DNA of 64,000 bases. It comes from Haliotis rubra. Its lineage: Eukaryota. The stretch spans positions 2,666,001-2,730,000 of the forward strand of contig NW_025764892.1 of NCBI RefSeq assembly GCF_003918875.1. Direction: 5' to 3'. A program made the translations under genes and the position numbers. This document shows, piece after piece, positions 25,199 to 37,200 of this stretch. Every line of letters starts with the position of its first letter. The stretch's first letter is position 1. The notes beneath the pieces are model-generated. The model saw nothing but the letters and a program-made list of their open reading frames with translations, was not told the origin of the DNA and searched no databases.

Positions 25199-27737
25199 AG
25201 AACCACTAAACTTTGTTTTTTGTTACTCTTTTAACCATTACATATGAAAGATTTGTGGTTAGTCTTATGCGGAACACCAAATTTATTCTTTAAAAACTTG
25301 TGGTTAATTAATACCGAGCGATTAAAAGTGGCCAAAAAGTCGCCTGCTTCCCTCTCGCCCGCCAACGAAACCACAGACAGGTTACGTAACTCTGTCGCCA
25401 GAGCACTGCAGTGACGTCATATGAGGAACGATTTTCAGTTAGTTGTATAGAAAGTGTGTAGCACGCTCATCATTTTGATGATTTCTCGACATCAACGACG
25501 ACATGCCGAATCGTTGCTTTGTCGTCAATTGCTCCTAGGGGTCGGGTGATGGTGTCACCATGCACAGATTTCCACAGGACCCCGCAGTTCGTGGTAAATG
25601 GGTTATGTTTGTGAGTGCGAAGCGAGCGTTGTGGAAGCCTGAAACGATATCTTACTTGTGTTCAGATCGCTTCACGGAAGTTAAAGAATCAAAACTACTT
25701 ACTAGTTATAGTAAAATATGTATATGATTGATGACCATAAAGATTTTCCATAACACAACTTGTAACATAACGATTTCTTCCTCGGAAGTGAGGTTGTGGT
25801 CGAAGTAACAATAATATTGTAAGTAGTATTATATTGACACCCACCTCGCTGCCAGGAGAGAAATTGTTATGTTATACGCTATGTCATGCAAAATCCTATT
25901 GGCCATCAATAAAATACATATTTTACTACCAGTAGAAAGTAGTTTTGATTTTGTAACTCGGTGAAAACAAACCTAAATAGCATTTATCCACAGACTGGCG
26001 GATGTTCCCGATAGGGCGCCGCCATTTTTGAAAATCGTAAAGTCTGTTAGAATTAATGAGATTATAGTTTGTTTTCATCAAGTTAGAAAATCAAAACTAC
26101 TTTCTACTCGTAGTTAAATATGTATTGGAATCATAACCAAAAGGATTTTGCATGACACAACTTATAACATAACGATTTCTTCCACGGAAGCGAGGTGGGG
26201 GTCGAAGTCACAATACTGCGCGATAAATTTCTTGCTACATTCACATGGTTAATGTCCACTCACCAGTATGTAGATACTAGTCAATGTGCGTCTTTATATT
26301 TGGTCTTATAATCCTAATTAGTTTATTATCATACTTTTATGCATTTTGAAACTAAATAAAAAGCTGACGATCTGCTGATACTTATAGTGAATTTATAACA
26401 GAACTGTAATATCTAGACATTTTATAGTTTGCCAATGTGAATCATAATTCGCACACACACCCTAGTGTATGTTGTCTGTCTCATTACACTTCACGGCGAA
26501 AACAATGATTCTGTTGAATGCTACGACAAATGAATAAAAACAAAATGCAAATATTAAAATTAAAACAGATTAAAGTTATAGGAACAATATCAGGCCATTA
26601 CCTTGTTTGAGGAATGTATCCATCAATATCCACAAAACTGTTCCAAATGATGTGTCTTTTAACAGTTTAATATACGAAAAAGTGATAAATCTTTTCAGGT
26701 ATTGGTGTATAGTCTCATTGGTCACCCAAGATAGCACACCTGGCAACTAATTGCATAATGTCCGCCTTTCATTAAAACAGTAATTTAGTTAGCCAATAAT
26801 GGGCAATCAATCAATGTATTGCCGGTTAATCCTTTGAAGAAGGACGTTGTTTTACGCAGACACCGACACGGCAGAGTGTATTCAGTATAGATTAGTAAAT
26901 CTACATACATAAACACTACCTTTTGACAATTCCGCTGTGTAAGATAAAAGTAATTAATCAATCAGCGTGTTATCGGTTAATCCTTTGATCGATGTTTATA
27001 ATGTTGAATATTTACTCAGACACAAGAAATGCCAAATGGGAACCTTTGTCGGGTAATCTAAGTGTGTTACCACTAATTATACCTGTTATAAATTCATTAA
27101 CTGACCATCAAGTGAATGATGACAAATAACATGTGTAGGTTTATACCACCTAACACGGGTTACAACAAGGGAGTATTAATTGCTGTATTGCATGTGAAAA
27201 CTTATGGGCCGACACTGTTTTGAGAATACAAACAGATTTTTACATGACATGATTAAATATCGAGGTAAAAAAACACAGAAATGGGATCAATTTGGATCAG
27301 TCATTATACAAATAGGGCCTAACGACACCAATCAATTGTGACAGAAGCGTCTATGAAAACAAGTTGTAACTCGGAAACTAGGCAAAGCAGGAGACAAAAT
27401 TAAATGACAGTAGATTGTGAGAACATATAGCTTTCATTTTCCACAACAATTGTCACGATTTCAGGTTTATACAAGCCTGTAAACAAGATAATTTACCCCC
27501 TAAAATGTAGATGAATTCTGCATCGGCCCTCAAAGCTATTCCTCATATGACGTCACAGAGTCGCGCCGCTCTGATTGGTTGAAATTTCGTTCGCGGGTGA
27601 GAATTGTGCACTGTTGTCAAAAAGGTCGATTTAAGTCAATTAAAGGTCGAAATGAGTAGTTTTAATGACGGGGTTTCATTTATAACGATGCCAGTTAGTG
27701 ATTTATGTATTTTTACCCCCTAGGGTTTATGTGACCT
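25199..27737 (+). mobile_element. Kolobok-like non-autonomous DNA transposon
   Basis: TTAA on both sides, AG...CT termini with short imperfect TIR, perfect 18-bp subterminal inverted repeat GTGACGTCATATGAGGAA (25411-25428 / 27539-27556), THAP remnant near left end. Confidence 0.7.
25503..25680 (+). pseudogene. THAP zinc-finger remnant (transposase N-terminus)
   Basis: My translation: MPNRCFVVNCS*GSGDGVTMHRFPQDPAVRGKWVMFVSAKRALWKPETISYLCSDRFTE, i.e. C-x4-C...FP...W...CSxHF with a stop and H->R. Confidence 0.8.
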
Positions 27738-28957
27738 TTAAGTTATAGCACGACGTTTTATTTTGGATTCGAAACCCAACATTCTCTAGCACGCCTGAGC
27801 GAACCAACGCATCAGATAAATGGGTGAAACAATGGCTTTGAAAGTACACGAATATCTGTGTTTCCCGTGAAAAGACGCATTTCCAAATCTTGTACCTGAA
27901 TCTCTTTTCCTCATTTTCAGCTCATGGAGTGTGCTAGTGCAGCCGATTGATTACATTTTGCATTACTCTCATGGTAAGACGGCGTTTGATTTGAAAAGTC
28001 CATCCTTTCCCATGTGAAGAGATTGCAAAATTCGTCGAGTCCGAAATCCACCCACCGTTAGCCCCCACAACCCTGAACTAATCATTCCATTAATAGATAA
28101 ACCTTATATACTGACTTCAGTGTATTAAATTCATATAACATCGATATATAGCAAATATACAACAGAGAAGAAAATAGTGTTTGTGACAATATAGGCACGA
28201 TTGATAGATTTCACACGAAATACCTGCGTTCCGACAGCCCCGCAGAACTACTGTAAAAGCAAGGGGGGAGTATTTCACCCCGCCTCACGCCTCCTAATAC
28301 GACATAACACTGGCCCCATCACTGCATCTCCGTCGGGGTATATAGACCAGGCCACATGATTCTACCTCCAGCCAAATGTCTTCTTTCATTACGCACAGTC
28401 AAAGTGAGATATATCCTTATGTTCGTCATGGCGGACGGCCGACATCGTTTAGTTTTCTTTCAAGTAGAATTCGCTGCCAGTTCTTCATGGGATATTTATT
28501 TGTTAGGGCTCGTAATGAGATGGTGTCTGTCGATGCGAGGCCGTGGTATTACAAATCACAGCTGATGATCACTACTCCCGTATATTCGCAATGTATGTGA
28601 TTGTACGACAAACGACCAACATGTCAGTTTCTTCCAGCAGGAGTATGGTAGCCTGACAGGGCCAAATTACCTTACCTATTAAGATGTCACGGCGCCAAAT
28701 TACTTCCTATTAAGATGTTAGACTATCAGCTTAGCCAGTGTTAGTAGAATGCTTGTACTTCTGTCCTCGGCTGAAATGCGATATTCTTTTGATTATTCAA
28801 GTCTCATTTTCCGTGACGAAATATGGAGTATTCAAGAATATGAGGACGATGTAAGATTACACTAAAAGAAAATATAACGTACAAATACCACAGATACCGA
28901 GGGACTTATAATATAATTTAACGGATTGTATCATGAGCACCACATTCCCAGCCCAAG

Positions 28958-29191
28958 CCAGGTTAGAATTCATGTTCAGTAACCCATGCTTGTCGTAAGA
29001 GGCGACTAACGGGATCGGGTGGTCAGGCTCGCTGACTTGGTTGACACAGGTCATCGTATCCCAATGGCGTAGATCGATGCTCATGTTGTCGATCAGTGGT
29101 TTGTTCGGACCACACTCGATTATTTACAGAAGGCCGTCATATAGCTGGAATATTGCTGAGTGAGGCGTTAAACAACAAACCAACAAACCAA
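28958..29191 (+). mobile_element. Retroposon family B
   Basis: CCATGCTTGTCGTAAGAGGCGACTAACGGGATCGGGTGG body, shared tail, (AAAC/CAAC)n end. Confidence 0.85.
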
Positions 29192-29245
29192 CAGCCCCAG
29201 CCCCAGCCCCAGCCCCAGCCCCAGCCCCAGCCCCAGCCCCAGCCC
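29192..29245. repeat. (CAGCCC)9 hexanucleotide repeat; G-quadruplex-capable on minus strand
   Basis: Perfect hexamer array directly after the family B tail. Confidence 0.9.
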
Positions 29246-29277
29246 TATACATAATCACGCTTCCTTAAATAACCTGT

Positions 29278-29421
29278 TGGTTAAAGCGTTCGCTCGTCAC
29301 GCCGAAGACCCGGGTTCGATTCCCCACATGGATATAATGTGTGAAGCCCATTTCTGGTGTCCCCCGCCGTGCTATTGCTGGAATATTGCTAAAAGCGGCG
29401 TAAAACTAAACTCACTCACTC
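29278..29421 (+). mobile_element. SINE family A, 5'-truncated
   Basis: Near-consensus from TGGTTAAAGCG to (ACTC)n. Confidence 0.85.
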
Positions 29422-29916
29422 CTCAAACAACATACACAAGCCAACATAATCACACACATACGCGACCAAACACGAACACTGGCACATACTTGTACACATG
29501 AAACATAGTCACGTGCACGGATCCGCACACACGCACACAAAATTAACGCACACATCACCATCAAGACCCACCGACAACTCTACTCAACGAACTTGGGCTG
29601 TCCCAGGAAGAATGGGATGGAACGAACCATGTTAACATTGGACATATGATTTGAAGTATGCCTCGTCGAATCCGGGATTGTCTTGAGAATTGAGGCGGAT
29701 TCATATAATATAGTCTGACTTGGCAAATGACGTGACAATCAACAAAATCTATGGTTATCTGATGTTCAACAATTAATGCAAATCTCAGCCAGATGTCCTT
29801 GTTACACTTTTAAAGAATGTATCTCATTAAATGTGTATAATATCAATAGTTGTGACACCTTTTCATTGACTACCCACTACTGTTAAACAGTATACAACCG
29901 CCTCAGTACTAGAATT

Positions 29917-30140
29917 GTTAGAATTGGTCTTCAGTAACTCATGCTTGTCGTAAGGGGTGACAGACGGGATCGGGTGGTCAGGCTCGCTGACTTGGTTGAC
30001 ACTTGTCAACGTATCCAAATGGCGTAGATCGATGGTCATGTTGTCGATCAGTGGTTTGTTCGGACCAGTCTCAATTATTCACAGAAGACCGTCAAACAGC
30101 TGGATTATTGGTGAGTGCGACGTCAGACAACCAACCAGAC
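29917..30140 (+). mobile_element. Retroposon family B
   Basis: Match to family B body and tail. Confidence 0.8.
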
Positions 30141-30216
30141 AGGACTACCTGTTGGAAGCTGCTGTAAAATATAGCCACCTGGGGCGTCCCATAACACCAT
30201 CGATACCGTCAGCACG

Positions 30217-30403
30217 TTGACAAACGTTGAGTCTCTGAATATATGTAATTTTGATAAAAACAAACAATTCCCTTTAAATTGAAAAGGAGCCCCAGTGAGA
30301 TGGGAGATTCAGAACCTGAACCTGATGAAATCTAGACTTGCTTCATTCATTGCAGAAAGAACTAGACAGAAGGTGACATAATGCGGTCTAGGGACAGAGA
30401 CAC
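30217..30403. mobile_element. Old copy of the AcademH-like MITE family
   Basis: Shares AGTCTCTGAATATAT...TTTAAATTGAAAAGGAGCCCCAG...GAAATCTAGACTTGCTTCATT with the 35.5, 41.0 and 54.7 kb copies. Confidence 0.65.
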
Positions 30404-30984
30404 GATGCACCCTCCGTTACCAACACTACAATACTGATGTTCAGCACCATATTCTAAACATCACTTTACCACGATTTGCTTACTGTTGTTCAACGCAGTA
30501 CCCGCTCTTTGTTCATTGTTAATTTACAGCACCTTACTGTAAATACACCGGAATATGTATTTCAACACAATATGCTCACATGTGTACGGCGCAATGTACT
30601 TACGGTTACGTACCATTCGTCACCACTCGCCCATTTCCGTAACCCGTTATTCGGCTTGTCCCGGAATAACACGAGTTGGTCACGAATGGGTTACGTACAT
30701 GTTGTTACTTAACAATATGGATACTGTAACCTCACCGCCGCATGTTGTTTCTTCACCGCAATATGTTGTTACCCAACAACAATAGCAGTGTGCTACTGTT
30801 GTTCCCGGTAAAGTTTTGCTGTTGTTAGCCGAGAGATGTTCACATTTGGATTCCTCGCCGTCATATCTGGACAACGGGAGGCGTGGGTAACCTGTTGCTA
30901 CAAGGCTGTATAAATGCTCCGTTATTTATATTAGAAATTATCATTTAAACTATATATTATTACCTTAGAGACGTGTGCAAGTCT

Positions 30985-31495
30985 AGGTAACCTGGTGCTT
31001 AAAGCCTTACTCCGTCATCCCGAAGGCACGGTTCGATTTCTCAGATGGATACGCGTATGTGTATCTTTAACTTATTTCTTGCGTTACCTTTGAGATACTG
31101 CTGTATTGTTGCTAAAATCAGCGTTTTAACAATTCTTACCTACTCACTTGCTCTGTGAGCAAGGCGAAGTCGTCCAGTGCGGGTAGCCTAGTTAAAGCGT
31201 TCGCTCGTCACGTCGAAGACCCGGGTTCGATTCCCAAAATGGGTAAAATGGGTAAAGTCCATGGTAAATGGTTCTATTGTCCCCCGCATTAGTGCTGGAA
31301 TATTGCTAAAAGCGGCGTAAAACACAATTCACTCACTCTCTCACTCTAACGGGGTCGGGTGGTTGAGACATACCATTGCATCCCAATTGTGCAGATCGAT
31401 GCTCATGATGTTGATCACTTGATTGTCTTGCCCAGCCTCGATTATATCATTTACAGACTGGAAAAGTGCGGCATTAAACAACAAACAAACAAAAT
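30985..31495 (+). mobile_element. Cluster: degraded SINE A (30985-31148), SINE A (31177-31338), partial family B (31345-31495)
   Basis: B-boxes GGTTCGATT, shared tails, family B core GCAGATCGATGCTCATG. Confidence 0.75.
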
Positions 31496-33320
31496 AAAAA
31501 CTATTTAAAAGCCACTCTTTTATTTGTTCTGAGAGTCATTCTTTCGTGACACTGTCACGCCTGAAGCGTGACCGACTTATCAAAGTGTAGATTTGTAGTC
31601 AGCAAGAATCCTATCTGTAAATCGTAATTCACTTTGCCGTGTGGTCCTGTCTTTTTCTAATCAATCACATCTCACATACCCGAAAGGTGCTGAGTCGTCA
31701 AAATAAGACGGTAGCTCGGGTTGTCTCGCGAGCACCCCAGTGTGCGGCGTCCGAGATAACCCAGGACACTGGATGACATTCGGAATGTGATTTACAAGTG
31801 CTGAGTGTCCCCGGGAGTTCACGGGGAGGTGGGGACGAGCAGCGGTCCCGATTTATGTGCGCGGCCCGAGGGGGGTGGTGGGTGTCAGTTTATGATACAG
31901 ACAGCATCTAATGTCATATATCCTTGTCACAATATCATTCAAACAGCAGGATGCGGATTGGTTTGCTTCAGAATCATGAGAATGAATAAATTGAGTTTTA
32001 GGTATCAGGATGTAACCTGACCTTGCAGACGTGTTGCAAGTCAGGATTCAAAGGTCACCGTGGGTCAAAACGGACTTTAGCAATAAAGAGGTTTAATCAC
32101 AAGATAAAACTGGGAGGTTTCCACGCGTATAATATCAGGGTCAGAGATTTGTCTGACGTGTACACGATTTGACGAGAGTGGGTTGGTTTTAACAGCGTTT
32201 TCAACAGCATTCCGGTTACATCACAGCGGGTCTGCATAGTGTGGGAGAAAAGCCCGAAGTGATTCAGATCTGAGATTTTAATCACTTGATGAACCTCATT
32301 GGCGAGAGTATTGGGCTGCCAAACCTAGAAACAATCTGGTCGAACCGGAAGTCCAACCCACCATCTTAGATTACGCGTGTCTAATAGCGGAAAGGTCAGT
32401 TTAGAGCAAAAGAGACACAGAGTTGTGTCCCTTTGATACGCCAGAAACCTATGATAGAAGGTCCAAATTCCGGTTCTAGATTTTAATGTAACCACACCGC
32501 GTTCAAGTGTTTCACCGACGTGGTAAACGCCTGAGATCCTCATCATCAAGCTGCTGGGTCTTGAGATAACTGGAATACTGTTCAAAGCGATGTCCATGGA
32601 CATTCACGCGAATATACATGCTTCATATTACATACCTTACTTTCAGTAGTATTTTACGTTTTAGGTCAAATATTGTACTCGTAAGGAGACATAAATAATG
32701 TATAGGAAATCATATAATGAGGATTGATAGATTTGTTAGTAGCGCCAATTTAGCATGATCTCCATGACGACGGGGGACACCTAAGATCAGCTTCATGTTC
32801 CCCATGTGGAAACTCGGACGTTAGATAGAGTGGACTTCCCCATGCCGTTTTTATTTAGTTCTCGTTAATCGTCAACAGGAACTGCCAATTAAACTTCTGC
32901 ACCTTACATACATTAATGACTTGAAATGTCGTAATAAACGTACCAAATACTGTTCACGTGAATTCATTACAAGGGATGGATAAATCACCATAATGACAGA
33001 GCGTTACCATAACACCTAGTGACATAATAACAACGAGGTATAAAGTAAGTCAAGAAGTATGGCTGTAAATGCGAGGGAGACATTTCTCACACAAGAAAAA
33101 TGTTTTAGATAGGTGTAAGTACTTGCATGAAGTTTCTCCTCCTCCAGCTATCACACATGCCCCCCAATTCATCCATATATTAAAACGTGACGTGAATACG
33201 ATGTATTTCTTAATGAAATTATTTCGTGTGGTGTCATAAATAGAACAGGAAGAGTGAAATCTGTTTTCAAATGACTAATGGACTGTTTCCCACCAACACT
33301 CCCGTGGTTAATTCAACCGA

Positions 33321-33731
33321 ACCCGTCAAGATCCGGGTTAGAATTGATCTTCAGTAACCCATGCTTGTAAGGGGCGACTAACAGGATCTGGAGGTCAGGC
33401 TCGCTGACTTGGTTGTCACATGTCATCGTATCCCGTATTACGTAGATCGATGCTCATGATGTTAATCACTTGATTGTCTGGTCCAGACACGATTATTTAC
33501 AGACCGCCGCTATATAGCTAGAATATAGTCCGGCGTAAAACTAAACTCACCCACTCACTTACTTCAACCGAGTTTAGTTACCTCTACAATAGGCTGGGGC
33601 GCTCGTCACGCCGAGGGCCCGGGTTCGATTCTCAACATACGTATGTGTGAAGCCCATTTCTGGTGTCCCCGTGATATTGCTGGGATATTGCTAAAAGCGG
33701 CGTAAAACCCAACTCATTCACTCACTCACTC
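33321..33731 (+). mobile_element. Full family B (33321-33562) followed by 5'-truncated SINE A (33599-33731)
   Basis: Family B flanked by 9-bp TSD TTCAACCGA, which fixes its 5' end at ACCCGT. Confidence 0.85.
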
Positions 33732-35506
33732 TACAAGGCACTATTCTCCAACCCGGCGATTGGTTTACCAAACATTTCAGACGAAACCCAACAGCAATGG
33801 CTCTAACAAAAGGGCATAAAAACAATAACCGTTTACACTATGGTGCTCTAATATTTAAAACATATGGAGTTGGGAAATGGAGTGTAGTGATCATTAGTGA
33901 CACTGGTGGCAAAACCCGCACGCTGTATACTGTTTTCGGTCTTAAAAATAACCCAATGTCGCGAAACCGCCCCGACACTTTCTAAACCGCGGAAATCCCC
34001 CATGTACGTGTTTCCAGGACCGCCAACGACAAAGGCTTGTTCATTACACTGTATCATGTGCTGTCCAGCCGTCGCTGACCGTACCCCAGTCACGTTCTAC
34101 CACTCCGTCACGACACACTGTTCACAGGTGCCCGCACATTGTCGCTACTCCTGGAATCTTCTTTTAATTGGCTGCATCTTGTTCTCGCCCCGTCCCCCGG
34201 GACAGTGTTTGCCGGATCGTGTTTTCACACACTCACTCGTGGTGAGAGGCTCGTTGGGTATGTTGACGCCAAGCTGGTCTTTATCAAGACGAAGGGAGGT
34301 ATTTAATGAAGAATAACCCCCACATTTACTGACCCATCGCGCCTCCCTCCTTCCTGGTGTTTAATAGTCACGTGGGACAGGCTTTGGGAAATAGAGTCAT
34401 CTGCCCTTTGATTTCGAACAGGAAGTGCGAAAATAGGAAACGTTTCGAAAGGTCGTTTCGATGATGTGTGTGTATGATGTGAGCCTACAGACGTTCCAAC
34501 TTGATGGACTGGGCTCGGTATCAAGCTTTAAATGATACATTGGCATGTCATTGCATCTCCATTAACTAAAGCACCCGAAAAATCACGGACAAAAACGTAA
34601 CAGAGCTTTGGGATTACATTAACGTGTCACTAGACCAAAATATTGACAGTAGTGGGTGACCTCGCCCAGATGAGCATTACCAAGTTAATTGTGGTTCATT
34701 TCCCGACGTTCGTCAGTATGTCCCGTGATTACGTTATCAACAGAGCGGAGATATACAGAACTGCATTTGAGGGAATTCTTCAACGTCCTTTGAAGCCGCC
34801 ATTTTATGATGTTTGTAAAACGAAGGGACGTAACTCCGAATAATTTTGGGGGGAACGTATGATGTCGTGATAAAAGAATTTATTCGCATTGATTTACAGA
34901 TTTTGTTGATATCTAAACATTTAGCGTTCAAATTGATTGTTGTGTTATGATTTTCTTATCTTCGTGTTTAATGGTAAATGTGCTCACGTAAGACACTGTT
35001 TTCATCAGCTGATGAACGTCAACAAATACAACTTCAATCTTTAAATGAACATCAGAAGAGACGCATGTAGCCTTTATGACTTACCAAGCTTCCTTTCGAG
35101 AGAAATACTTCTGCTGCCACTTGAGAGATGACCGGAAGAGGAAACTTCTTGTTTGTTAAACTGGGATTGCAGGAAATATAGATGACACGTTTGTGGAAAT
35201 ATTATAGTTAAAAAGTTATTGGTAGCTTAGTACAGACCATTATTTGAAAACACATAAAGAATTCCCATTTCTTGTATAACCAGCTTTAGTGGTGGATTGT
35301 TTTCGATCACTCACATATTAGGTCAGGGAATAATCAGGGAATATTGCAAAATACTTCAATATACTCCCACAAACAATCCCCCGTGTCCCCTTTCATTACC
35401 TACTTAATAAATACTTAGTAAAACAAATTAACTAAAGGATGGTGTATTCACTTACACCTACTTCTCTATTGGTGGGCTCCGCGAAGGGATATATACCCAA
35501 CAACCC

Positions 35507-35750
35507 TAGTCTGTCTCACAGGCCCTGAACCACATTATTTCCCCTACTGCCAAGCCCTCTCTGCAGTACTAAAGCCCTAAATAAAGCAAGTCTAGATTTC
35601 CTCAGGTTCTCAATCTCTGGTCTCCCTGGGGCTCCATTCCAATTTAAAAGGAACCCGAATCTCTGGTCCTTCTAAGGCTCCTTTTCAATTTAAATGGGCT
35701 TGTTTGTTACTATCAAAATGACATATATTCAGAGACTAAGCATTAGTCTA
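35507..35750. mobile_element. AcademH-like MITE
   Basis: TAG...CTA termini; perfect 10-bp TSD CCAACAACCC (35497-35506 / 35751-35760). Confidence 0.75.
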
Positions 35751-36052
35751 CCAACAACCCCTAAGGCAACATATGTCAACCTAAGGCAGCCAATGTCGTA
35801 TGAGGTGGCAACATGCATGGAGCGGTCATTCTTGCAGTCTTGGTTGATTCCTGGTTTGACGGTTCCAGGCGGGATCATTTACATCCATCATGCAAATGGA
35901 ATAATTCTAGACGCGACATAAAAACCAAATCAGCCACCCCTCATCGTTGTCTTTCCGCCGAGAATGGGATGTGTTTGGTAAAGCTCCTAACACGATAATT
36001 ACATGAAGTTCTAGACCATTTGTGTGAATCGATGTCGTCCACAGGTTAACAG

Positions 36053-36289
36053 NNNNNNNNNNNNNNNNNNNNNNNNNNNNNNNNNNNNNNNNNNNNNNNN
36101 NNNNNNNNNNNNNNNNNNNNNNNNNNNNNNNNNNNNNNNNNNNNNNNNNNNNNNNNNNNNNNNNNNNNNNNNNNNNNNNNNNNNNNNNNNNNNNNNNNNN
36201 NNNNNNNNNNNNNNNNNNNNNNNNNNNNNNNNNNNNNNNNNNNNNNNNNNNNNNNNNNNNNNNNNNNNNNNNNNNNNNNNNNNNNNNNN
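36053..36289. other. Assembly gap (237 N)
   Basis: Run of N. Confidence 1.
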
Positions 36290-36689
36290 TTATTCTGAAG
36301 ATATATATTATCATTCAATTACAAACGAGCATGGACAATATAGAAAACAATATACATATGTACAAGTAAAACGAGTTATAATTGAAACATATCAATCATA
36401 GCAAAGCAACAAAGGTTGTCTGATGGAATACACAAAATGCAAATGTGATTATAATGTGAGTCCAGGTTTGAATCTCCATACATTCAATCGGGTAAGTATC
36501 ACTTTAAAACAGGAACGACAACATGTCGTGTTCGTCCAGCATTTCAAATATGACATAGGTTTCAACATCTAGGTGATCTATTAAATAAGAAAACAATCTG
36601 TTTCTGCTTTGCAGAAGTTTCTCACAGTGCAATAGCACATGATAAAGTGAGCTACTGAACTTGTACAAGCCCTGAAAACTCGTTTGTTC

Positions 36690-36848
36690 TGAGTGCGTGA
36701 GTAACTATGGGTTTACGCAATATTCCAACGATATCACGTCGGGGGACACCAGAAATGGGCTTCACACATAGTACCCATGTGGGGAATCGAACCCGGGTCT
36801 TCGGCGTAACGAGCAAACGCTTTAAGCACTAGGCTACATCACCGCTCC
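36690..36848 (-). mobile_element. SINE family A
   Basis: Consensus match with small deletion in tail. Confidence 0.85.
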
Positions 36849-37047
36849 TCTTTCGTCCTGACTCTGCTAAGACAGTGTATTGGATGTAATGAAGTGTTCT
36901 CCAACACTAAACAGTTTCAAGAGGAGCAGAAAAACACACCTGTGTCCAACAATCTACTTATGAACTCATAATTCTTATGTCAAGTGCTCTGAGTATTTGG
37001 CGCTTAATTATTATTATCATTATCATTATTATCCGGACCGAAATCGG

Positions 37048-37200
37048 AGTGTGAGGTCCGTTTAACGCCGGTTTGAACAGCATTCCATTTAATTAACATC
37101 CTGTCAGCTTAAGTTTGGATGCAAGTCTCATAGCAGGGCTCTGGGCTGACGAGCTAGAAATATAATCAGGCTTGTATGGGATTTGAACCGGAACATAGGT
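37048..37200 (-). mobile_element. Distinct SINE-like element (family C)
   Basis: Minus strand: B-box GGTTCAAATCC, unrelated body, tail GGAATGCTGTTCAAACCGGCGTTAAAC resembling the A/B tail. Confidence 0.5.

Noticed and set aside
29277-29501. Recurrent short ORFs such as MCEAHFWCPP, KWASHIVPMWGIEP and NQVSEPDH
   Set aside because: Translations of SINE A and family B sequence, not genes
35907-36401. ORFs spanning 36.0-36.3 kb
   Set aside because: Artefacts of the N gap
37146-37170. CTGACGAG...GAAA as a hammerhead ribozyme
   Set aside because: No stem II can form between the core segments; it lies antisense within a SINE-like element
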